A stretch of 64,000 bases of DNA from assembly GCA_963804825.1 (NCBI GenBank), contig CAWDRV010000004.1:271278-335277 (forward strand), read 5' to 3'. This DNA comes from an uncultured Planctomycetia bacterium (lineage in GTDB: Bacteria > Planctomycetota > Planctomycetia > Pirellulales > Thermoguttaceae). Under the pieces are notes generated by a model, which was not told where the DNA came from, did not search any database, and saw nothing but the letters and a program-made list of their open reading frames with translations. Within the stretch, counting starts at the first letter, position 1. Each line of letters starts with the position of its first letter. This document shows, one piece after another, positions 33,607 to 45,148 of the stretch. The position numbers and the translations under genes were made by a program.

Positions 33607-34140
33607 TTGCCAATGTTCAAAGAAGAACGCGAGGAATCTGCTTTTCAATGGACCATGCTTGGGCAGATCGATGTAGGCCGGCCAAATCTTGGGTTTAAGA
33701 CAGACGTTGCCGTCTACCGGCTGATGCAGTTCACGCTTCGGGATGTGCTCATCAGGCAGTATGGCGTGGAGGCGGCGGACAAGGTTTTCTACTCCGCCGG
33801 CGAGACTGCCGGAAGGCATTTCTACGAGAACCTCATCACAAAGCGAGATTCCTTCGGCGACTTTGTTGCCGAACTCCAGGAGGTGCTAAAGAATCTGGGC
33901 ATCGGCATCCTGCGGGTCGAGAAAGGGGATTTGGAGAATCTGACCTTCACCTTGACGGTCGCCGAGGACCTCGATTGTTCCGGCCTGCCCGCGTGCGGCG
34001 AGCAGATCTGCACTTATGACGAAGGGTTCATCAGCGGCCTCCTTTCCGCCCACACCGGCAAGCGATTCCTGGTCAAGGAGGTGGACTGCTGGTGTTCGGG
34101 TGACAGAGTATGCCGCTTCGATGTGAAGCCCATTTCTTAA
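33607..34140 (+). CDS. V4R-domain protein (hydrocarbon/ligand-binding 4-vinyl-reductase-like)
   Basis: C-terminal DEGFISGLLSAHTGKRFLVKEVDCWCSGDRVCRF matches the V4R signature with conserved Cys/Gly. Confidence 0.65.
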   Translation: MPMFKEEREESAFQWTMLGQIDVGRPNLGFKTDVAVYRLMQFTLRDVLIRQYGVEAADKVFYSAGETAGRHFYENLITKRDSFGDFVAELQEVLKNLGIGILRVEKGDLENLTFTLTVAEDLDCSGLPACGEQICTYDEGFISGLLSAHTGKRFLVKEVDCWCSGDRVCRFDVKPIS

Positions 34141-34150
34141 AGGCAATCGC

Positions 34151-35350
34151 ATGCTTGAAGTACGGGAAGAGGACATTGACAGGATCACGGCGCTGTTCTA
34201 CCGCGTTCTGAAGGGCGAGTTGCCTCCGCCGCTGGACTTGCCGAAGGACTATCCGGACAACGAGGTCAGGCAGGTCGTGGAGTACGCCAATCGATTCGTC
34301 GCGGAGTATCAGGCTCTGGCCGGCGCGATATCCGCCGTGTCACGTGGCGACCTCGACCTCAATGTCCCCGTCGGCAAGATGCATGTCCTTCAATCGTTCA
34401 AGAATCTCCACGCGAACCTTCGCCACCTGACTTGGAAGACCCAGCAGATCGCTGGGGGCGACCTAAGCCAGCGCGTCGATTTCATGGGAGACTTCTCCAA
34501 GGCATTCAACAGCATGACGCACCAGTTGCAGGAAGCCTTCGCGAAGATCGAGCGGCAGAACCAGGATCTCTTCCGTGCGAATCAGCGCATGAAGCGAGAC
34601 CTGGATGCCGCCGCCCGTGTACAACGGACGCTCCTGCCCGAAGGCTTTCCTGAAATCCAGGGGTTGAACTTCGCCTGGACATACAGGCCCTGTGACGAGT
34701 TGGCCGGAGACGCCCTCAACATCGTCCGGATCAACGATGACCTGATCGCCCTTTACCTGCTGGACGTCAGTGGGCACGGCGTGCCGGCCGCCCTGCTTTC
34801 GGTGACGGCCACCCGTAGCCTGCACCCGCGTGCGGGGGGCGCGCCTTCCCTCGTGGCCGGTCCCGGTATGAGCCCCGATGCCGTGGACCCGGTACTGGTG
34901 GCCTCCAGGCTGAACACACTCTACCCGATGGAGTCGAACGGAGATCACTATTTTACGATGATCTACGGACTCTTGGACGTTCGTACCCATCGGTTTCGCT
35001 TCACGGTTGCCGGGCATCCCGCGCCAATCTTGGTCCGCGAGGGAAGTCCCCCCAAACGTCTCGATGTGATGGGCTTTGCTATTGGCATGATCGATGAGGC
35101 AGAATATGACGAGTCGGTAATCGATTTGCAGCGTGGCGATCGCTTGTATCTCCATTCGGACGGCGTGACCGAGGAGGTGAATGCCCAGGATGAGGAGTTC
35201 GGCAATGAGCGGTTGCTTAGCGCTATCGCCGATGGCCAGGCACTCGGCTTGCAAGAAACCGTCGAATCCCTGGTCCAGAAGGTCCTTGCCTGGCGAGGCG
35301 AAGAGCACCTCAGCGACGACCTATCGATTCTGGCCGTCTCAGTCCCCTAG
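34151..35350 (+). CDS. RsbU/SpoIIE-type PP2C Ser/Thr phosphatase with HAMP-like N-terminal region
   Basis: ELAGDALNIVRINDDLIALYLLDVSGHGVPAALL...MIYGLLD...RFTVAGHPAPILVR...LYLHSDGVTE is the SpoIIE/PP2C pattern. Confidence 0.8.
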   Translation: MLEVREEDIDRITALFYRVLKGELPPPLDLPKDYPDNEVRQVVEYANRFVAEYQALAGAISAVSRGDLDLNVPVGKMHVLQSFKNLHANLRHLTWKTQQIAGGDLSQRVDFMGDFSKAFNSMTHQLQEAFAKIERQNQDLFRANQRMKRDLDAAARVQRTLLPEGFPEIQGLNFAWTYRPCDELAGDALNIVRINDDLIALYLLDVSGHGVPAALLSVTATRSLHPRAGGAPSLVAGPGMSPDAVDPVLVASRLNTLYPMESNGDHYFTMIYGLLDVRTHRFRFTVAGHPAPILVREGSPPKRLDVMGFAIGMIDEAEYDESVIDLQRGDRLYLHSDGVTEEVNAQDEEFGNERLLSAIADGQALGLQETVESLVQKVLAWRGEEHLSDDLSILAVSVP

Positions 35351-35635
35351 GCCAAGGATTCCAGCAGAAAACGGCGACCAGCGTCAACGTGCGGTCGGTC
35401 CATGATCCGCAGAGTTTTCAGCACCGAACTGCGCACCATGTGGAAGATCGACGACTTTCTCGAATGTGTTTGCGACTCGCCGCCAAACAGGCCGGTGATG
35501 GACCGATTGCCAGCCACCAAGTGGTTCAACAGATTGGTGTGGTACGAATAGCGAAAGTCTGAAAGGACTGGTATACTGGTGATAATTCCAGGCCGGCGCA
35601 TCGTTGGCCCAAACTTGATTCGAAGGGAGCGAGCC

Positions 35636-36037
35636 ATGGCAGTAGTCAAGAGCGAAGTTAAGGACGAGATCCGCATCATTTTCGTGGACGTGGCACGGTT
35701 CGTGGATGGAGCGGTCATCGAGCAGTGCTATCGAGAGATCGTGGAACTCTTGGACAAGACCGAGGAGAGCAACGTGCTGTTGCACTTCGGTCGCGTGGGG
35801 TTCATGTCCTCGGCGGCGTTGGGCATGCTGATTCGGGTGATGAAGAAGTGCAAGGAACTCAAGATCACCCTGAAGCTGTGCAACATCAGCCCCGACATCG
35901 TCCAAGTGTTCAAGATCACCGGCCTTGACAAGGTGTTTGACATTCATGCGGACGCTGCCGATGCTATGGCGTCGTTCAAGGCGAGCGGCACGTCATTCTT
36001 TCGCAGGCACCGCGAATCGCGTCATGACTTGACGTGA
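35636..36037 (+). CDS. STAS-domain anti-sigma factor antagonist (SpoIIAA/RsbV-like)
   Basis: MAVVKSEVKDEIRIIFVDVARFVDGAVIEQCYREIVELL...LLHFGRVGFMSSAALGMLIRVMKKCKELKITLKLCNISPDIVQVFKITGLDKVFDIH. Confidence 0.75.
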   Translation: MAVVKSEVKDEIRIIFVDVARFVDGAVIEQCYREIVELLDKTEESNVLLHFGRVGFMSSAALGMLIRVMKKCKELKITLKLCNISPDIVQVFKITGLDKVFDIHADAADAMASFKASGTSFFRRHRESRHDLT

Positions 36038-36129
36038 CGGTGGATACCCGATTCTATTTCGGCTCGGCACCGACCTTCAGAGATCGATTTCCATCAACGT
36101 AACCCGTCCTCGCGCCCTTAGAGGATCGT

Positions 36130-36954
36130 ATGAACATTGTTCGACGCTTGGCTGGGCATGGAACTCTTCTACTGGCGGTCCTCGGCCTGTTTCTGTGCAT
36201 CGTAGGGATCGTCGGTGTTTGGGTGGGCAAGAGTCGCGTGGACCCCTTTGGCGCTGCCGTGTTCGGAACCGCCGACGAGGCGCTCGGCTTTGTGGACATC
36301 AAGCTTGATCGCGTGAAGCAGGTGTTGGAAAGGAGCCGCCATCGGGTCAGCGACATGTCGAAGCTCGCAGAGCGGTTGAACAGCGCGGAGGCAAACGCAA
36401 GAAGAGAGTGCGAGCCGTTGCTGAAAACCTTGGAAGAGGTCTATCAGGAGTTGAAGTCGGCGGAATCTTGGCTGGATTCCAGCCAGGCGCTTGCCAGCGG
36501 TGTCAGTAGGGTGTCCGAAGCTGTGGTGTCCTCCGACTATGCCGCCTCGCATCAAGAAGCCGTAGGATTGACTGTAGCCCGCCAGCTTCAGGCGTGCGCG
36601 GACGCCCTGACCGACGCCATTGCCAAGCTCCAGGCCATACGCGTGGAACTCATCGAACTTCGGGACACGGGAAAACTCGCCCGCAAAGCCACCGTAGGCA
36701 TCATCGCCCGTGTGGCGGATCTGGATGGGAAGTTGGCGAGCATGTACGCTCGAATCGAGAAACTGGATGCGAGGGTGGTGACGACCAGGGCGTCCTGCGC
36801 CGACCTCGGTCAGAGATTCCGCTGGTGGACTCTGGTTGCGGCGGTGGTGGTCACCGTTATCCTGGCGTGGTTCGGCATTTCGCAGATCGTGATGATGGGC
36901 TGCGGATGGCGGCTGGCGCACGCCTTGGCGAATCCCTTGTCCCAGAAGCGATAA
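36130..36954 (+). CDS. Membrane protein with N- and C-terminal TM helices and central coiled coil
   Basis: 274 aa, TM helices LLLAVLGLFLCIVGIVGVWV and LVAAVVVTVILAWFGISQIVMMGC. Confidence 0.5.
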   Translation: MNIVRRLAGHGTLLLAVLGLFLCIVGIVGVWVGKSRVDPFGAAVFGTADEALGFVDIKLDRVKQVLERSRHRVSDMSKLAERLNSAEANARRECEPLLKTLEEVYQELKSAESWLDSSQALASGVSRVSEAVVSSDYAASHQEAVGLTVARQLQACADALTDAIAKLQAIRVELIELRDTGKLARKATVGIIARVADLDGKLASMYARIEKLDARVVTTRASCADLGQRFRWWTLVAAVVVTVILAWFGISQIVMMGCGWRLAHALANPLSQKR

Positions 36955-37526
36955 AGAAGTCAGGATTCCTCAATTCTGGTCCAAGGCAACTGCGGAAGGG
37001 GTTGCTGTTTTCCATCAAGCGCTCCGATAGGAACGATACCACTCTTGGGTTATCCATCCCCCGAAGGTGTTAGTCATAACCTATTGCAACATAAGGATTT
37101 GGCGTAATTCCAGTCAGGATGGAAGGACTCTATGTAGGACGCAATTGCCCAGGATGGGAAGGCGCCCCGTAGCTACCCCCTTGCTCCCTTTGCCTTCTCT
37201 GCCTTGGCCAGCAACTCCCCCCAGGTGCCGCTCGGCCTGCACCTGCGCAACCTGCACCCTTTTTGGTGTTTGGATTCCGAACACGCCTTCGCCGAAAGGT
37301 TCGCGTCGAACCTTTTTTCCCTGACGGACGGCATGTCGGCACGGAAATGTCGGGAGGCGGTTCCTGGCTGAAGTTTCGGCATCAGGAGCGTTGCTTGCCG
37401 ACCGGTGCCGGGTTATGCTCAGGAGTGCCGTTTCCCGCCTGCCCCGAAGGCGGCCGCGACGAGCACCGCTCGCGGCAAATGGCCAAGGAGCAAACCAAAT
37501 CACGCCTTTTGCAGAAGGAGCTTCCC

Positions 37527-40362
37527 ATGACCCGTCTCGTTTCCCCCCTGCTCCTGTTGGGCATGCTCTCCCAAGCGGTCTTCGCGACGGCGGCCGACGC
37601 GCCGCCGGCGAGGAAGTATTTTGCCCACTCGGTCGTCGAGGACGGCGACGGGGTCATCGCCCCCTGGTACCAGGGCCAGAATGGCCAAATCGACCTCCGC
37701 ATCCGCGTCGCCGTCGAAACGCTCAAACGCTATCCCTGGGCCGACAAGCCCGTGGCGATCACGCCGGCGCCCCATTTCGTCTTCAATAGCTCCTGGGGCA
37801 TCGAGCCCAACGGCACCATCCACGTCAACCCCGCCCTGGACGACTGGATGAATGCCGATCTCGGCCAGCGGTCGATCAGCACGCTGTTGGGCTTCACCCA
37901 GTATTATCGCTACACGGGCGATCCGGCGGCCATCGGCTTGATGACCTTGACTGCCGACTACCTCCTGGACTACTGCCGGACCCCGGCCGATCACCCCTGG
38001 CCGAATTTCATCATCAGTTGCCCGACGAAGGGCAAGGCCTATGGCCGGGCCAACCCGCACGGCTTGATCCAACTGGACCTCTGCCGCGCACCTCGGTTCG
38101 GCCGTCTTGTCCGCCTACAAGGTGACCGGCAACCCGCGTTATCTCGCGGCGGCCACGCATTGGGCCGACCTGCTGGCCCAGCATTGCGATCTGCGGCGCG
38201 GCGCGGTGCCGTGGCCCCGCCACGCCGTTTTGGCCGACGCCCCCAGGGATTGGAGCCAGAACGCCACCGGCGGCGTGTCGCTCATTTTGCGGTTTCTCAA
38301 CGACATGATCCGCATGGGGCACCGCGGGCCGGGCGACTCGCTCGTAAAGGCCCGCGATGCCGGCGAGACCTACCTTCGCGACGCCCTGATGCCGGTCTGG
38401 AGCGACAATCCCACCTTCGGCCGACATTTCTGGGACTGGGACAACTCCGTCTACTCCTGTTCGGTGCCGGGCTTTGTGGCCGAATACATGATGGATCGCC
38501 GCGAGGCTTTCCCGCAGTGGAAGACCAACGTCCGCAATTTTATGTCCTTGTTCTTCTGTCGCTCCAGCGTCGATCCGGGCTCGGCGGGCGGCGTGTACTC
38601 AGGGGCCTGGGGGACGCCCGAGTCCAGCGGCTGCTGCGGTAAGACGCTGCAAGCCTCGATGATGCTGGTTCCGCCGTTGGCTCGCTACGCGCTGGTTGCC
38701 GACGACGCCTGGGCCCGGGAGATCGCCCGCCGACAAACCATCCTCACCACCTACGATGCCCGGGAAAATGGCGTGGTGGAAGACCTTGTCGACGGCGGTG
38801 CCAATACAGCGGCGGGGTGGTTCAACTCGGCCCATCCTTGCCCCTTGCGGATGGTGATGGAGATGCTCGCCTGGCAGCCGGAGCTCTTCGGCCCTGCCCG
38901 CGAGAACCACATCATGCGCACCAGTTCTGTGGTCCGCACCGTCCGCTACGGCAAGGCGCGGATCGCCTACTCGACGTTCGACGGCCTGTCGCCCTGCGAG
39001 GACGTGCTGCGGCTGGCGTTTGCTCCCAAATCGGTCACGGCCGACGGGATGCCCTTGCCGCTCCGGCAGGAAGCGGCGGGCAGCGGCTTCGTCGTCAAGC
39101 CGCTCTCCAACGGCGACTGCATCGTGACGATCCGCCACGACGGCTGCCGTGACATCGTGGTCGAGGGGGCCGATCCGCAAGAAACGCTTTCCCACGAGCG
39201 GCTGCGGTATGAAGGACCGTGGACGACGGAGGATTGCGCCGGGGCGGCGGATGGCAAGCTGCACGTGGCCTCGCTGGCCGGCGCGCGGGCCCGCGCGGAC
39301 TTCACCGGCAACCAGGTCCGCCTCATCGGCCGCGCCGACCCAGGCGGCGGCCGTGCCGACGTGTATCTCGACGGAGTGAAGCAGCTCTGCGGCATCGACT
39401 TCTGGTGCCCGCAGGCCCGCGACCAGCAGGTCCTTTGCTACAAGAACGGCCTGGCGCAGGGGCCGCACCGGCTGGAGATCGTGGCCACGGGAACGAAGAA
39501 CCCCGTCTCGACCGGCACGCGGGTCTACGTGGACGCCGTGCAGTGGTCGGCCGCGCAAGGGGAGAGCGGCTTCGGCTCCGGCAGCGGCCCGACCCAGACG
39601 CAGCGGGTGATCTTCGGCTACGTGGGCCGGAAGGATTACGTCGATACGGCGGGCCGCGCCTGGCGCCCGGCCACCGAGTTCGTCATGCGGCTGGGGACGC
39701 TGGTGGATCTGGTGCCGGCGTCGTTCTGGAGGGAGCCGCAGTTGAAGGAGGTGGGCGGCACGGCGGACCCCGAGCCTTACCGCCACGGCGTCTACGGCCG
39801 GGACTTTACGGCCTACTTTACGGTGGCCCCTCGGCACGCTTACCACGTGCGGCTGAAGTTCTGCCAGGCGAGAAAGCCGCCGAAGCCGGGCGGCTACATC
39901 ACCAACGTCGAGATCAACGGCAAGCCGGCGGTCCGCGATATGGACGTGGCCGCCGCGGCAGGGGGATTGGGCAAGGCGATAGACCTCGTGTTCGACGATG
40001 TCCGCCCGCAGCACGGCGTGATCGCCGTCCGGTTCTTCGGCAGCCCCGGGGCCGTTGCCATGATCCAGGCGATCGAGGTCGGTCTGGCGCGGGGGCGCCG
40101 GCGCCAAGCGGGCAGCCGTGTCCCCGGAGCCGCCTGTCCGATCCCGGCCCTAAAGCGCCCGCCGCTCACGCTGGGGCCACAGGACAAGCTACTGCCTTTC
40201 TCCATGCCACGCCACCGGCACCACGCCGGTGATGCTCACCACCAGGAGCACCGCGGCCCCCAACGCCGCCTGCGGCCCGCGGGGTCAGCCAACTGGGACT
40301 GTTCCAAGACCCCCGTGGAGTACAACGCCGCACCGTCGTCCCATCGAAGCAACATACCTTGA
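37527..40362 (+). CDS. Secreted glycoside-hydrolase-like protein with C-terminal malectin-like carbohydrate-binding domain (frameshift near 38090; C-terminal end uncertain)
   Basis: ATG at 37527 with RBS AAGGAG. Signal peptide MTRLVSPLLLLGMLSQAVFATAA. Continues in ORF 38107..40362. Malectin-like region HVRLKFCQARKP...GGYITNVEINGKPAVRDMDV...IQAIEV. Probably ends near 40090; the later tail is low-complexity. Confidence 0.55.
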
Positions 40363-40404
40363 CACCTGGTGGCAAATCACTAGATTGAGGGGAGTGGTGT
40401 CCGT

Positions 40405-40462
40405 ACCGTGCAGGAACTCCTCGGGCACAAGGACGTGAAGACGACCATGATCTACACCCGAC
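40405..40462 (+). pseudogene. Relic of a tyrosine recombinase 3' end (encodes [19 protein letters not shown])
   Basis: [15 protein letters not shown] is the highly conserved extreme C-terminus of XerC/integron-type integrases. No upstream integrase body. Confidence 0.4.
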
Positions 40463-40481
40463 GTGGATCATCAAGGATGTT

Positions 40482-41370
40482 GTGATGACGCCCCGGAAAG
40501 TCAATTCTGTTCTGGAGTTAATCGGAAACACATCGCTGGTGCGCATCAATCGTCTGAACCCCGTCCCAGGTGTCGAGGTGCTGGTGAAACTGGAGGGGCT
40601 GAATCCTGGGGGCTCGGTCAAGGACCGCATCGCGCTGAAGATGATCGAGCAAGCTGAGGCCACCGGCGAACTGATTCCCGGCAAGATCGTGCTCGAGGCC
40701 AGCAGCGGCAACACCGCCATCGGCTTGGCCATGGTCTGTGCGGTCAAGGGCTACCAGCTCTTGGTCACGATGAGCGAGTCGGCGAGCGAAGAACGCAAAC
40801 GCATTCTGAGGGCCTACGGGGCACAAATCCTCCTGACGCCGGGCTACCGCGGCACCGACGGGGCCATCGAAGAGGCCTACCTCTTGGCCAGGGAAGAGCC
40901 CGGAAAGTATGTCCTCGTCAACCAGTTCAACAACGAGGCCAACTGGCAAGCTCACTATGAGGGCACGGGCAAGGAGATTTGGGAAGCCACCGAGGGCAAG
41001 GTCAATGTCGTGGTGGTCACGATGGGGACCACGGGCACGTTGATGGGCACAACCCGTGCGCTCCGGGAATTCAACCCCGCGGTCCGCGTCGTCGGTGTCG
41101 AGCCCTTCAAGGGCCACAAGATCCAAGGCCTGAAGAACATGAAGGAAAGCTACCCGCCGGGGATCTTCAAGCCGGATGAGCTGTGCGCGATCGTCAGCGT
41201 GGATGACGATTCGGCCTATGCGGTGGCCAGGCGGCTGGCGCGAGGAGGGGATCTTCGTCGGAATGAGCGCCGGGGCCGCCATGAAGGTCGCCCTGGACGA
41301 GGCCCAGGCGTTGGGAAAGGGCACGGTTGTCGCCCTGCTTCCGGACGGGGGCGAGCGGTATCTTTCCACC
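40482..41370 (+). CDS. cysK: Cysteine synthase (CysK/CysM family), frameshift near 41240; no stop before cysS in the corrected frame
   Basis: [35 protein letters not shown]-terminus [22 protein letters not shown]...[10 protein letters not shown] is in ORF 41176..41748. Confidence 0.75.
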
Positions 41371-41394
41371 TCGCTGTTCGTTTTCGAGACCACT

Positions 41395-42787
41395 CCGGAG
41401 CCCCTGCGTTTCTACAACACGCTGACCGGCCAACTGGAGCCGCTGGAGCCCGTCTCTCCGGGCAAGATCACCATGTACTCCTGTGGGCCGAGCCTGGATG
41501 GGCCTCCCGACTTGGGGCTTTGCCGCCGGGTCGTCTTCTCCGACGTCCTTCGACGCTATCTCGAATGCCGCGGCCATCAGGTCAAACATGCCATGAATCT
41601 CGGCGACATCGATGACCGCACCGTCAAGGAGTGTCTGAAGGCCGGGAGCAATTTCGCGCGAGTTCACCACGCGATGGGAGAAGGTCTTTTTCAAAAGCCT
41701 GGAGACGCTGCGCGTCAAACGCGCACACTACTATCCCAAGGCCAGTGAGCATGTCGGCGACATGGTTGAACAGACTCGCAGCCTCCTGGAAATGGGATTG
41801 GCCTACGAGAAACTGCGATCGGTCTACTTCCGCATCAGCAGTTTCTCCGACTACGGAAGGCTGTCGGGCATCGAGCCGGACCGGATGCGGAGCGAGGCTT
41901 CCACGACCTACGACTACTATGATAAGGACAACCCCGGCGACTTCGTTCTCTTCAAACGTTCCACGTTGGCAGAGCTCAAATCGGGCATCTTCTGGCAAAC
42001 TCCTTGGGGCAACGCCAGGCCGGGCTGGCACGTGGAGTGCGCCTGTATGGCGGTGCGGTACCTGGGCCAGCCCATCGACATCCACACCGCAAGCACCGAC
42101 CTGACCTTTCCGCACGGCGACAACGAGATCGCCATCGCCAGCGGACTGAAACACAAGCCCTTGGCCAAGCTCTGGATGCACTGCGAAGTGGTCATGGCCG
42201 ACGGCAAGAAAGTCAGCCGCGCCGGCGGCAATGAGTTGACCCTCGAAGACCTGAGGGAACAAGGTTTCGACGGGCCGACGGTCCGCTACTGGCTGTTGGC
42301 CACGCATTACCGCACGGTGCTCCACTATTCTCTCCACGAACTTCAGCGGGCGGCGCAGTGTGTGGCCCGGCTGAATGAGTTCGCCGCGCGGCTGGCGCGT
42401 TTCCAATCCGGTCGGCGAGGCCCCGACGTGGGGCAGGCCCTGCACGACGTTCAAGCCGCTTGGCGGGACGCCATGGACAACGATCTCAACATCCCCAAGG
42501 CCCTCGGAAAGCTCTTTCGCTTCGTTCGCCAGATCAACCGGCTTCTGAATCGCGAAGAACTGGATGGCGACCAGGTCGGGCAAATTCTCGACTTCATGCA
42601 CCAGGCCAATGAGGTCCTCAACGTGGTGGACTTCCAGCCCGAAGAGCCCAATACCCAAGTGGCCAAACTGATCGAGGCACGCGAGAAAGCACGTCAAATA
42701 AAGGATTTCCGCACGGCGGATACGATCCGGAAAGAATTGGAGTCGATGGGCGTCCGTGTGGCGGATAGTCCCATAAGCACATCGTGA
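41395..42787 (+). CDS. cysS: Cysteinyl-tRNA synthetase (frameshift near 41650; start codon unclear)
   Basis: LRFYNTLTGQLEPLEP...MYSCGP, YYPKASEHVGDMVEQTRSLLEMGLAY (in the third frame), WHVECACM, KKVSRAGGNELTLEDL (KMSKS-like). Confidence 0.75.
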
Positions 42788-42816
42788 TAGGAAATGTCCG
42801 TTAAGAGGGAGGGGTT

Positions 42817-44723
42817 ATGCGGAAGGCAACAAAGCTACTCGCAGCGGCCGTGATCGCGGGCGGAGTCGTCATGGGACTGCTCGGATCACGCCTGCCGTGG
42901 CACGTAGGGCCGGGCTTGGCGCTCGGCGCCGACATCGTGAGCACCATGCCGCCGGAGGCGGTCGGGTTCAACGGCACGCTGTCCGGCCAGGTCGCGAAAC
43001 CCGGCGGCCAGGGATGGTTTGTGATCAAGGTGGTCAAAGTGATCGGATTGGCTCCGAACAACCGGACCAGGCTCAATGCCAAGGCCCTGACCGCCGCGTG
43101 GAAGGACAAGTACGTGACCATCGTGGGCAAGAACCTGCCGCCGGTCGCCGTGGGCGACATGGTGACCGTGGTGGGCACGCAGTTCGAAATGCACATCCGC
43201 TCGTCGAAGGTGACGAAGCAGGACGGGGGCCGACCGGGCGGACATGCGCAAGCCCGTCGCGGGAGGCCGGAACTACGACCTCGTATTTTCCACGTATTTC
43301 GGCCAGAAGATGGACTGCCGCGGGATGACCGTCGACGCCCAGGGCAACGTCTATCTCGCCGGGTCCACGTGGGACGCGGAGTGTCCGACCACCAAGGGCG
43401 CCTATGACCGGATATTCCACGGCGAGGCCGACATGGCCATTTCCAAGTGGTCGCCTGAGGGAAAACTTCTCTGGTCCACGCTGGTGGGGAGCCCGGGGCA
43501 CGACCGCCCCTATTCGGTCAAGGTGGACAGTCATGGCTGTGTCTACGCGGCGGGGATCGGCGGCGTGGGAATGCCCGTCTCGCCGGACGCCTTCCAGCCC
43601 AAACCGCTGGCCCGCACGAAGAACGTGAAGATCCCCGGCGAGGAGTACGTGGGGGCCAACGGCTACATCGTCAAGCTCAGCGCCGACGGCTCGAAGGTCC
43701 TATGGGGCAGTTACGTCGGCAGCAACATCGAGTGCCGCGACCTGGCGATCGACGACGAGGACAACTTGTACCTGACGTTCGGCTGGAGGAAGGATTCAGC
43801 CGGGGAATTGCCCGCGCAGTTGGTTCGCCAACGCCTACCGCAAGCGGCCCCATGCAGGCCGCACGCCGCCTGGTCGCATCGAGGATCTTGGCGTGATGAA
43901 GGTTTCCAGCGACGGGAAGAGGGTCTTCTGGGCGACCTACATCGGCGGCACCGGCGGGAACGCCCTTGAGGCGAGCCTCTGCGTCGGCCCCGACCATTGC
44001 CCGGTCGTCTTCACCGGCACCTCGTCCCGCGACATGCCGACGACTCCCGGCGTTTTCAGCAACAAGCCCAACTCCTCCTGGTTGGGCAAGTTCTCCGCCG
44101 ATGGATCGAAACTGATCTTCGGCACTTACCTGGGCGCGGGAAAGGTGTCGGTCCCGAGAACGCACGACGTCGCCATGGATTCCAGGGGCCACATCTTTGC
44201 GACCTTCAGCGTTGACGGCACGTGGCCCACGACCCCCGGCGCCTTCCAGCGGAAATACGGCGGCGGCAAGACGGATTTCGGCATCGTCAAGCTCTCTCCG
44301 ACAGGGAAGCTGCTGGCATGCACCTACCTCGGCGGGAGCGGGGACGAAATCAACGGCCCGGATACCCTATCGGTGGGCAAGGACGGCAGCGTCCTGATCA
44401 CCAGCGGATGGGGGACCACGTCGCCCGATTACCCCGTCACCGCGGGGTGTTTTCAGCCGAACCTCCGGGGAAAGAACAATGCGTTCTTCTCGCTGCTTTC
44501 CAACGACCTGGGCACGCTTCTCTATTCGACCTACATGGGAGGCAATGGGGCCAATCTTCGCGCCAACGCCTTTGCCCCGGACGGGTCGATCTGGGTAGCC
44601 GGACACTCGCCGGGGCCGGACTGGCCGCTGAAGAACGCCTACCCGAACGTCCGCAAGGCCGGCCTCGTGCTGGCCAAGTTTTCGCCCCGTTCCTCGGCCT
44701 CCGGGGGATTGCCGTCACGGTGA
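42817..44723 (+). CDS. Secreted SBBP beta-propeller repeat protein (2 frameshifts, near 43240 and 43890)
   Basis: Signal peptide MRKATKLLAAAVIAGGVVMGLLG. Repeats of the type YSTYMGGNG...D.SGNVY..G in ORFs 43244..43969 and 43893..44723. Confidence 0.6.
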
Positions 44724-44769
44724 GGAAGCACCGGCTGCCCCCCTGAACGCGGTGGGTCAACTTGTTCGT

Positions 44770-44925
44770 TTACGATGCCTTACGGCTTGTGCTCCAGTTG
44801 CTTGGCCTTGGCGAAGTCCTGGTTGGCCTTGTCCAACTGGCCGTTTTGCTGATAGGCCAGGCCGCGATTGCTGTACGCCAGAGCGAATCCCGGGTCCAGC
44901 CGGATGGCTTCATCTAATCGCAACA
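44770..44925 (-). pseudogene. TPR-repeat fragment (C-terminal part only)
   Basis: Minus-strand translation ...LDPGFALAYSNRGLAYQQNGQLDKANQDFAKAKQLEHKP*. No start codon or N-terminal body. Confidence 0.3.
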
Positions 44926-45005
44926 AAATGGGCCCGGGGGGCGACAACCTTGCCCCTCCGGGCCCCTGGTCCCCGGTCCTTGCTTCGATCCCCGGTTCTT
45001 ACTTA

Positions 45006-45148
45006 GTTTCTGTTGCGGAAGCGGTTTTCGACGGCGGGTAGGGTGGGACGAGCACAGCGAAGTCCCACCATAATACGCGAAAAACCGATGGTGGGTCTTC
45101 GCTGCGCTCGACCCACCCTACCAATTTCCAACCTTCCGCAACAGAAAC
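45006..45148. repeat. Nested palindromic element (~140 bp): outer IR GTTTCTGTTGCGGAAG, inner 35-bp arms GGTAGGGTGGGACGAGCACAGCGAAGTCCCACCAT
   Basis: The arms at 45038-45072 and 45088-45122 are near-perfect reverse complements. A second copy of the family is at 56835-56965. Confidence 0.75.
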
